Virus record (IMG/VR): IMGVR_UViG_3300042197_002946
Span: 1 to 64,000 of that record
Strand: one strand, 5' to 3'
Source: a virus
DNA: 64,000 nt
The position numbers were made by a program, and so were the translations under genes. The notes below the pieces were generated by a model that made no database searches, was not told the origin of the DNA, and saw only the letters and a list, made by a program, of their open reading frames with translations. Shown here piece by piece: positions 56,901 through 62,700 of this stretch (positions are counted from its first letter, which is position 1; each line of letters begins with the position of its first letter).

Positions 56901-59718
56901 GCTTATGCCTTATTATAGTAGTGTAGCTAATATGGAGAAAGCTGTCAACGATTGGGCATTAGGTAATTTTGATAGGGTGGCCGACTGGAGCTTGCTCGGA
57001 GTATCTCTTGCATCGGGATATTCGCCCATCAAGGCAGAAGCAGCAATGAAAAGCGCCGAGAGTATCAGAGGAGCCAGAACAAAAAGAAAGAGCAAAGAAG
57101 GATCTGTACCAGATAAAGAATCATCTATTAATAGTGCTACAGAATATTTATTTAAAAAAGATGCATTATTCTATAAGGATGATTTCTTATCGGCGGTGGA
57201 ACCATCATATCCAGAAGCTGGAAATATTGCAGGAGCTAAAATACCTAACCTTGTTGATATTATGCAGAGACGTGCGGCTAGGCAAATAGCTGGCAATAAA
57301 GATGCGAAAAAGGCAGAGATATCAGCTAAGGCCAGTTTAGTTAATTTCAAGAGCGAAGAAGTTCCTTTATTAGGTGATATTGTTTGGCAAAAAATTAAAG
57401 AATCATCACTAGCTGCTGGACCAGCATTATCTAGTGCTGCTGATTGGCAAAATGCAGCAACTGCTGACGGTGTTCCACCACCAGCTAAAATTAGTGGTCA
57501 AGACGATTTAATGGCAGCTGTGGACTATATAGCTTGGATTCAGGCTAAGGTACTAAGACTAAGAGATAAGGCCACAGAACAAAATAATAGAGAGTCTGTT
57601 GAAAATCTAGGCTCTGAAGCTGAATTTGGTAAGTACATGAGTGCTGGAAGATTTTTAAGTCAACTAGCTTCTGATTCTGAAAGGCCAGTAACAGCTAGTA
57701 CCACCATAGGACAAGCCAGTGAGAGACTGTACAGTAAATATATGAACGAGAATAAACTAGATAAATATATCAAAAAGTCTGCATTCAAGGACAAAGACTC
57801 TGGGAAAGATATAGAACAACAGTTCTGGGATGTTCCTAAAATTATCAATGAAGACAAAAGTTTTGTAGATTATATTCTTGGTTTTGCTAATCAGACTCGC
57901 ACAGCTCAAAGATTCAGACAAGCTGTCACAGGCAACGGTAGGGCAGAGCTGGGTGGTGAGCAGAAAGCGCTACTGCAAGGACAATTCAAAGCTTTTGGTC
58001 AATCAAAGAGCGCTACTGCTATGATGGGATCTGGAGCTAAAGATGCTGCTCAAACAACGATGAAAGTAGCTAGTGCTGATGGTATAGAAGAAATTGCTAT
58101 TCCAACAGAAATAGATAATGTTATTGATCAATTTTTAGATACTAGTAAGGTTTATGAACCACTATACAGAGAAACTTTAGGCAAAATACTTGAGACTAAC
58201 GGTAGAACATACGCAGAAAAATGGACAAAAAGCGGAGACCCAGGCACTGCTGGATGGGCTTCTATATGGGGAGAGTATTCAGAGCAACTCACAGCTTTAA
58301 CTGACTTTTTAGTTAATAGAGACAGATTATTAATGAGACCCATAGCAACCGAAGGGTCTTCTTTATATCCTCCAGCCGTCTTGCCATCTATCTCAGAAAG
58401 CTTATTGCCCACTTTACAATCTGTTGCTCAGGTTTCTGGCATTAAGCCCCCAGAAGATGTCACGGCCGAAACGCTATTGGGAGCTATTAATGATAGAGCA
58501 TTGATGATGGAGCAGATCAAGAGATTTATGGCCTCGGTTTCTCCCACTGCCCCAGAGGACTACGAGAAACGCGATCAAATGAAGAAAATAGCCAAACAAG
58601 CGATGGATTTTTATGAAAACAATCTGTCCCCATCTTCGTTACCTAGAGTCTTTACTCAAGAGGGTAATGAGATATGGAATAAATTACGAGAAAATTATAA
58701 AGCTGCAAATGAAGCGTATATGGGTTTTGCTGCTGATGGTAGCGATGTCTCTGTAGGACTAGGATCTTTGGAGGATATTTATAACCCATCACAAATGCCA
58801 TATGCACAAAATACATTATACGGTTTATATTATAGACTTAATAAACAAGCAGGTACTAATAATACAGTAGAGGCTCTTATGAATGAGAAGGCTGCTAAAG
58901 ACAAGGCAGCAGCAGCAGGAGCAACACCAAAACCAGAAACACAAACCCAAGACGTACCAGCACAAGCGGCAGCCGCTGCTCCCAAAGAGCCGGAACCAGG
59001 AATACCTCCAGAACCAACCAGAGAAGAAGCAGAAAGAAAAGTACAGGCCAGAGCTAAGGGTGGTCTAATTTATAGAGCTGATGGAGGAGCAGCTCCTGTG
59101 AATTGGAGCCCAAGAGGCACTGATACTGTACCAGCCATGTTAACTCCTGGCGAATTTGTGATCAATAGAGGAGCTACACAGAAATACTTACCAATTTTAG
59201 AAGCTATTAATAATGGCAGTACAACAGCTGGTCAAATTGTTACATATGCTAATCGTGGTGGAGTAATTAAACCTAAATATTTCCAAGTGGGTGGAAGTGT
59301 TGAAGGAGCCTCAAGTGGTGTATCTACTTCATATAGTATGGGGTTTGATAGTGCCACATTGGCCGCTATTAAGCAATTTGATAGCAGTGTTCAATCTCTT
59401 GGAGATGCTTTATCCGGATTACAACTTGGCAACATCAAAATAGATGAGGCTGCATTAAGTGCATTGGGGGATTTTGCTACACGATTTGATCAGTTTACAC
59501 AAAGCTTATTGAAACTCAATGTACCACCAGTTATTAGCATCACAGGACAACATGAGGTCAATGTGAATATTAATGGCACATCTGTATTTAATAATATGGA
59601 AGAGAAAATGAAGCAGCTTATTAGTCAAGAAGTGGATAAGGCTTTCACTCAGCTATCTAAGGAAACAGAAGGTAACATTACTATGAATTATAAGCCACCA
59701 CAATCACCCATGGGTTAA
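41905..59718 (+). CDS. giant (5937 aa) multidomain tape measure protein with embedded enzyme domains
   Basis: TP901-type TMP core in first ~500 aa (LAQAG...TRESAETIATGLRTIFTRI); GTDTVPAMLTPGEFV modules; SNase, HExxH, ART, P-loop, TxGH NTase and HAD motifs. Confidence 0.9.
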   Translation: MAKAFNLTAELNLRGPSNLKQIAASIRREIGTVDATVNVKIDRAAERSILNSANALNRLNRELQTTATASASSTNNINNLVASLNSLSNALTGSNNSMQRIVSTSEQTARQMSRIRKTTAVARDEMEEFGRQSALAVRRFAAFNFATGVIYGFYNAISKALGEFTEFDRQLVRLTQITGESYSELSRITETITGLSTGLGVASGDLIRISDTLAQAGLSARETDQALRALALTALAPSFDDLNNTVEGSIALMRQFKIGTDDLAGALGSINAVAAGFAVEAGDIITAIQRTGGVFAAASKGVSEGTDALNEFIAVFTSVRATTRESAETIATGLRTIFTRIQREDTIEALKEYGVNLLDVEGKFVGAYRAVQLLSEGLGKLDPRDVSFSRIVEELGGFRQIGKVLPLIQEFSTAQQALTVAQRGQNSLAADAAKAQSALTVQFTKTRESFVALIRDIGSSDSFKTLISLGLTLANTFIKVADFAKPLLPILTTIAALQGAKSLTSFVGGFVGGLRKVRPGEDGGGGGGPANRARTERSAADITDNSRYLDANTTALMGLGTAMGGLTAVISPLQASIDNLGNAAIAQLNNEIVALNNTMSSIDLGGAATAKDGGRILRFARGGAVPGSGRGDKVPAMLEPGEVVMSNRAVSKYGRGNLVRMNKYAKGGKPKRGVPNQVNTTDVVDGDTIGADIFTNLTFRFSGIDAPEKSEPLGDKATSVLTNKKLSYFNNKITSGVGGKSRGLFKDDALAGQMIRSGLAVPDIRYAKNKFSSDVEAGRAAGQGLWNSSYANHPKRLQFKEQYGYSFGGQIQKFMSGSAGGVKSKPEPFGTGVTKFPRRISNAYAKQTEKEKTDRHFDRLIQNSPINERIMVDEAMEQQISQGMQQPLDREKFAASFRRAVLRDEIASNISNFAKLVGLPQEDLSVVLPRQLDFGSGSGPIGSRGGRDVLGGAFTTISPYGSRGAEGWDLSEFGYTKQDEQDLFGLEKLLEEKKKERDKIRKTPTRTFDDGSFSYDLQAADKASDEYNALNKQIYDIRKKRDTAISAANKAREEEVASSGRATLGFGTRFGKAQNPVFYHELTHQLFKGLRAKSADSFEKYKQRVTTLFETDNDGLADAFDALGAGYSSADVVYGRAYKLDLLGARQREEIRKDPAGEDVKNLSSIIKSGSAAKKATQFRPINPSFNEAMLKFYSQEHLDKVEDNGKEEFLTTLVEKMPVLDQRLQGILDSTMTELLGGAGIQRQQYFDGGWVERMKTQPDDILRRELQMLHSGSFMLSVGERKVLASTFAGLGKYEDIGKRELVARMQAIKDYLDERAINQKTKYAKRRGPGLQATEKYNEQEMLDAVNYYAAGSGPFTKALVSGAKTFKEPRGETYKTKDIKDRLLAASQFTIPKKTYSGLGRSQFREILSDTNTTPKKLATKTDETLRGLVGQTIDFPTFLSVSAQKDQAEAFVQNPGALLSIDGSSTSQKTIDVVKARRKTQIDDSAIKSSRRLKGIENISEKKLDIYEEEQEFIVPPNVGFKITKATGTVYQDLSAKDLKSKSKKALSVFDDIDMFSDPDIDDFDKTRLDIKVNMLRSGGIVQKFMDGGVAQRKLGYIDYDVIANPANEAVVAKGMEATGVSGPRLYTDKLIEMAVKARKEQSLNKLRAIYGVAGAGKTTMARGQGTDKGTLRETTRFPILSPEDIHRANEIILLSSSVSQDKLDTLFADVDRAYTLSSTTSEEKERIKSQRASRDATGVGLEGRTPGSTTGVARDTVVGEALLADRLGDRSVVLGRTESGRLRRKRGDELVEIVKKRIGMTWGGFAPMTAGHESILDAAAAMGISPEDFVFLVGSNESIKLGDPSSYRTAIFNQDARVLLAKAGAGARGATVVPKAADFEVPLGIDISEQEGRRKVLLPGEGSTVFVADKTEQQTAKYREAGYKVSHIERTGGISGTMVRDLIMSGNMAELQKVLSPGVYDLISNNIGRIQNRANVLPDIIEQVKQSQGVKLAEVERAIKAVGISRIDPKKMEDPEYAAKVQVLEELRSQRDKIKRSAAFEPYRLLDKLAASQPEQYALDFSQSQIATPAPVRTVKDRAMAAVAAETSSLTSVSSGDAGIGTGQSLLDNLATRLKALGGESGLKALLKEVGEGIPLNLQKQLRTDQIKRGVLDTARVTGLIEKAEERQRQKKAEREGTRHVAMAGLQPLDYSWDPEWELADGRKYIATIRGFKSSYLQDIQRFRDRQKAAALEFGKDTTATEALDLLGQNTVQGPSRPLAIDFDETLAFGTKMLDSSGQEDISAYYDEARVREVLSKATPTRLAQRLLEIEKDQPGTVRAYTRVLTARAESLKHLVTETLNRFGLPYTDSDITGVGQRGDNDRAIARKKADNLSTIERFIDDNEKNISAAQQKGIQSYRYSEPKAFENASDYEPFGAGNIEGALLEQTLAMKIGRPIDFEALEQNRALDFPNGLGAAASLFGLPPNIETEVKRTLNKDSFTKARSEFNRYFKENPDKYNAGGVAGFADGGTVPALVSNGEAYVPPKLAKKIGYGKLNRMNQADRNGMGRFADGGISVFKGPGSGTSDSIPTSLPVGSFVIRAKATKALGLNRGGSVGVTSPQRFEMGGEVLTAAEMQRLELDMRKVFESLPEQLRDSIRNLDLPDVDTSTWNTIDISLRKVFLSVNRNVDTLGKDVVEAMRAMTTAGQNALQSIDLDRVRTRQSEIASDRGYTQVDKDRMKADVSLAKDARGAVSDRKRKNRERQEQGKAPFPMLDLMEMMRSSVGRSPDPISVTAATPVPEVQSPSRDAEYYRQRMNYSDVSGNKNTPISDRGMAYAGELTKQDDSKVDALVKQMRDMFSSAMAGIGQTPSAAGQSESWATWDIGKQLFMNQNPDQSSDKYQLGNPMQDPKLVLQMVQRMVGYEVSGGGQREGKANNIPSFELVEIGAKAMAESLGKNQAALDAFLSLVSGITVDDIVGPASPGAPTSPTPPTAPIPPTPPTPPSGGSPPSGGGSPPVPPSSPPSGDTEAMIQRYMMELETAAKATKLQTYQTERLAGATASEAKARADAAAFAAYQALAQQRLTTATTEEASAINEARSRMAATRGGATVTAQEFTPVAQSLSRGGAPAPDTTDYRKLAQDNIQALQEMNTSALAWAGGSVLAIKGLSGLVGSSTALGSALDGVSNSVGNTQALFLGFNKVLRFASEIGVSEEASKKIEDFSAKLIDAGRMVNNWAAKLPDGLFKNLASKLGGGIDLGGGQLGKLGAKLPQVISSVTSSLTAIMPTAQLVVGGLNAAAQAFIAYTDAIRNNKVENATKALDTSLKNASSALDLYNKNTVDNANQLSVMNAEIGRAAAAAKTLADIDKTNQKWSTTNLIGETLAMGGGGAESRAQRAEILDKKGTMAYVGSLLDFTGGTQQRYSQELAPQQAIKSSEQFAKVATLIQQQNQARFKAGESSSDIMNSPEWAQQAEVIARANAATEERLRLIDADISLSKSAREARKQELIQFAAAGAVRSQEIQAIRQANNDRANQESGALLYSLERMLNNMEQSISSVTYSLSKLADQTDLLRSSMTGEAKIGSSRVDAINVLQNPNVSSDVERAQASKTASQFFGAQGKDIEGLLNFGPKLEETILSSINRTVKEDPNAGSGKIEARISQNLEKELGKLNIDAGLRQVVSKQMAGSITDSRTKGDDKTDFKTLFSETAAFGKIVQSTKRAQEAAVKALEFYQQSVNNYAQSMNEMVSLQISSNEKFRRASDIRARGELDLAKTLGKSVSFEKSKQVAQAGVISQAGTADPTAIFNNIGRLEQVRQSQQGALNSAVQGGPRNQKDIIAFNRELASTTMGLRENYAALKGLAESTEVAQAAMTKIGELKAKNEAGLNILERFVTSSPKDQAKLSGAFERLDRNMNGQINNMWDSARVQEAYNEALQSGASMQEAQDAADSAAAQDRGDTLEAFRMLAPMLGENQNELKANMLESMMRESGTETSPMFSKVIEGLRNPEQDPQMAEAINQYKQAIELQSQANRYLAMLDGRLAIDIGQQSQAAFTNALNGVGQAFANTNTADMAKGIQQLNDHLRGGVTKVTNVGGGGALPFARGGKVEYRAVGGSIFQPKGTDTVPAMLTPGEFVVNKRAASANKGILTAINNGYSKGGSVKYLAEGGWVSDMLTPETDRFGDAKPGELYTKWDDFSKFASGNDVKANIEKIKANSKDIYFYKPHSYPTFSARETESSELLSQLKSGMDGDNSFFGFLPDFSMSLLNTAGNIIGATAQGVGTGAVGGAAMAANPAQFVSATAAGNFSQGQNTAGALLGNGKLGTAASWIWEAMKFVPGLGGVVSGIDAFKKLVFDYDLIGGALEAVNAVFSLIPFPGAGLLGKGISKGLGWMMKIFGKGRVATMGKTWIPKLIEATGATRLMNTVKGWLGQGPANLVEKLLPDVVKKKLGLNLAGAGKSGATLAREGIEQMSPDVLDAYKAYRKAGMAADEALARAKGRLNYVGSSTSGMQASAAQAAARNASDAGLAGRATINDMAARAVTGSAYGAGAMGTAAAGTAYMQGRTPSATMSGADKLKSITEALGFKIPDQFRSPETTSKIFDENLDNLALSEAQMQLSAVEMWIKAIDEANKWSETNKPPKAKASYSNGSYNFTSEPVNKKEYMYATIGEALSTDAIMGDLKPNIIKFYKSGNPTLSNSPDTNQISAAAESFIKSQGRDFDQLLSTDNYNRFQDINSIKDYLQDYYDSLREINTATTTPEKYNSAHWSPAQPSKQKEGRISSILGSLQAGTRYSYDFKKSELAKVSDFQWGSSAPAPAKDGEKPAESKDTGDVLTVYGTEMRAIWSNIRDAEDETIKEAIKNKNIWDGKAENAFRIYKQGSSPDQYDPLPWTTNPSLITAGMRQLAQQSTEDNIASTIGLKMGTVSRFDKVIDLPKAKRELPVSFSYQPFQQIPLLDPATTDIDSAVNQFLPGATSTEPSPTPVPGVFIKYRATEAADPTLSPFSSMAPGADKLMPYYSSVANMEKAVNDWALGNFDRVADWSLLGVSLASGYSPIKAEAAMKSAESIRGARTKRKSKEGSVPDKESSINSATEYLFKKDALFYKDDFLSAVEPSYPEAGNIAGAKIPNLVDIMQRRAARQIAGNKDAKKAEISAKASLVNFKSEEVPLLGDIVWQKIKESSLAAGPALSSAADWQNAATADGVPPPAKISGQDDLMAAVDYIAWIQAKVLRLRDKATEQNNRESVENLGSEAEFGKYMSAGRFLSQLASDSERPVTASTTIGQASERLYSKYMNENKLDKYIKKSAFKDKDSGKDIEQQFWDVPKIINEDKSFVDYILGFANQTRTAQRFRQAVTGNGRAELGGEQKALLQGQFKAFGQSKSATAMMGSGAKDAAQTTMKVASADGIEEIAIPTEIDNVIDQFLDTSKVYEPLYRETLGKILETNGRTYAEKWTKSGDPGTAGWASIWGEYSEQLTALTDFLVNRDRLLMRPIATEGSSLYPPAVLPSISESLLPTLQSVAQVSGIKPPEDVTAETLLGAINDRALMMEQIKRFMASVSPTAPEDYEKRDQMKKIAKQAMDFYENNLSPSSLPRVFTQEGNEIWNKLRENYKAANEAYMGFAADGSDVSVGLGSLEDIYNPSQMPYAQNTLYGLYYRLNKQAGTNNTVEALMNEKAAKDKAAAAGATPKPETQTQDVPAQAAAAAPKEPEPGIPPEPTREEAERKVQARAKGGLIYRADGGAAPVNWSPRGTDTVPAMLTPGEFVINRGATQKYLPILEAINNGSTTAGQIVTYANRGGVIKPKYFQVGGSVEGASSGVSTSYSMGFDSATLAAIKQFDSSVQSLGDALSGLQLGNIKIDEAALSALGDFATRFDQFTQSLLKLNVPPVISITGQHEVNVNINGTSVFNNMEEKMKQLISQEVDKAFTQLSKETEGNITMNYKPPQSPMG

Positions 59719-59734
59719 ATAAAAAGAGAGAACT

Positions 59735-62700
59735 ATGAGTATCAAATTTTATGATTTAGTTGGCGAACTAGGTACGGTGTCACTAGACGGATCAGGCAAT
59801 CCGATAGCTGTATCACTAATTCAAGATGGATTAGGCTTAACAGGCTATAGATTATTTCTAAATAATGTAGTAGACAACGACAGACTCTATCTTAAACTGC
59901 AACAAACAGCACAAAATGCTTTTGCTATTATTATTGGTAAATATGATGTTAATGAGTTTGGTTCAAGATCCATTATTGTTGAAAGAGTATTATCTAAATT
60001 TGGTACTTTAAGTTCTGGAGTTTATGTAGAAACTATTTCATTTAATGATATATCTATTAACCATAATGTTTCTGCCAATCAATTATTAGTTAAAAACAAC
60101 TCTTTTGTTCCCGAGTCCCAGACCTCGGATTATGTTGTAGCATTAAGTGGTAATGTTACGGTTACTTTACCATTAGCAAATATTGATTCTGAAAATATCA
60201 AATATGGATTTTTATTATCCAGCAAATATAGTGGTAGCGATACTCTCATTATTAATGCATCTGGTAGTAATAATATAATAGTCAATAATAATAATGTTTC
60301 TAGTATCTCTATGACAGGCGTGGGTTCGTATATTGAACTCATGGCAACATCGGGAGGAAATTGGTATCGACTTTATTCTACAGAGTTGCTTGGGGGAGAA
60401 TCTGCTAGTTCGGTAGTGGGTGGAGTATCAAAGAGCTTACAGTTTAATAATGCAGGGTCTATTTCTGGTGGCAAAGTTTTTTGGGATGACAATAGTAAAA
60501 CATTATATTTTGGAGATACTAATAATGTTGTTAATGCTGATTTGGTAGTAAGTGCTTCTCAAAATAAAGCGTCTGGTATATATCCATTATATGTAAGATT
60601 AAATAATGGTAACTTCTTTGCTTTGACTAAAGACGGTAAAGTATCTATCAATACTCCTAGTTTGCCATTGTATGAATCATCTCCCAATTTCCATATGGTT
60701 GGTAGATGTGCCGTATTCGAAGGTAATTGTGGATCAGCTGGAGTAGCCTTGACCTTATTTAATAATCCGGATGTTGTGCCATTAGCTGGTAGTGTTGGTG
60801 GTTCATTTAATATGTCCGCCAGAAATAGTAATCGTAATGTAGTAAATTATGCTCAGGTACAGTCTAAGATTCTTAATCCCAATAAAGGAGTATCGAGCGG
60901 TCAATTCTTAGTGAACGTTGATGTGTCTGGCAGTCCATACAATGTGATGATGTTGGATCTTGCTAATTTGGTTATGGGTAATAATGATGTTGCCAAATCC
61001 ATCGACTCTGCTGTAATAGGTAAAAATAATGATTTAACATCAATCTCTGGGGCTAAAGTCTTAGGAAATAACAATACAATAGATCGCGTTAACAACCTTT
61101 ATGTTATTGGATCTGATAATAGTATAGATTTTATCAAAAATAGTGCTAGATATATTTTGTCTGAACCTAATATTAGTACATTGTCTGGTCTAGATTGGAA
61201 CGATTTGGACGATCTACAGGCTGGAGACATCGTACAAGTTACCAACAATAATGTATTAAATGGCTATTATATAGCAAGAGAATTAGCCTGGACACCCATA
61301 GACGATAGTGTTGCTGTTGGCTATTTCGGCAATGCTAATTTCGTAATGGGTAGCGACAGCACCCTGTCTGGCAATAATCTTATAGCTATTGGTAGTAATA
61401 GTATTGCTAGTGGTAATAATTTATCTGTCTTTGGTAATTTCAATAATGTAAAAACTCAGTCTATATCTGATATTATACAAAATAATTTTCAACCCGATTA
61501 CTCTACCGTAATTGGTAATGTGAATACGTTCGATGCTAGTGGCGTAGTTATACTAGGTAACCGCAATGCAGGCAGCGGTATTAGGGCCCTGATGCTCAAT
61601 GGTTCTTTAAATACCATAGGTTCTGGCACTATAGACAGCGTAGTGATCGGAAACAACAATAATATTACAGTAGTTAGCGGATTAGTAATTGGTAATCGTA
61701 ATTTTGGAATACAATCTTTATCTACTATCATTGGACTTAATAATACTGTTAATGGCGCTAATAACATTGTGGTAGGTTCGGACAGTACTGTTAGTGGCAA
61801 TAACAATGTGCTTAGTGGAGATAGTTTAATATCTAGTGGTAGTTCATCTATTCTTTATGGGTTTAACCATGCGTCATCAGGACTGAATAATTTACTAGTA
61901 GGTTCAGATATTGTTGCAACAGGTAATAGGACTATTGGATTGGGGCAAAATCTCAACGTATCTGGTGATGATAATCTAATTGTCGGTATTAATAATAGAA
62001 CAACAGGTTCGGGTAATGTAGTGCTTAGCTATAATACTGTAGCCTCAGGCACCCTGCTCAATACTACTGTTTATGGCGCCAATAATAGATTGGTAGATAA
62101 TAGTAGTCATAGCTATACTAATATATTTGGACAAAATAATACCCTAGCCTCAGGAACATTACATAATTTAATTGTTGGTACCACTAATACAGTGACCAAT
62201 AGATACAATTTTACGCTTACGCCTATAACATTTGCAATATCAGATAATGGTACAAAATTTACAAATATAGAAGCCGCTGCATTTATTAATAATTATAGAG
62301 CCGGAGATAGTATAGTATATTCTAGTGAAAATGTTGTTGTTGGTTCTGGAGTTATTCAATCTGTTTATATTCCTAATAATGGTCCTTCGGTACTAATTAT
62401 AGAACCGGCTACGGCATTTAATACGACTCTAACCAGCGTATCTATATTATCAACTACTAAACAGCAAGAAATTATTGAGACATATGCGCGCCCAGTATCC
62501 GTTATCGGTAATGAAAATGAAGTTGTAGGGTTGTCTGGGGTAGTATTAGGACACAATAATGCTGTTAGTGGGTATAATAATACTATTATTGGTAGCGATA
62601 ATATTTATGGCGGTAATAATGCTATTATTATAGGTCAGGGTTTTGCTGGTAGCGGATTTAATAATATTGTTAATGTAGGATTTAATAATGTGGGAGGATT

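Noticed and set aside
16982-59718. Inteins explaining the size of TerL or the TMP
   Set aside because: No C/S...HN-C/S/T splice motifs or LAGLIDADG blocks were recognised.
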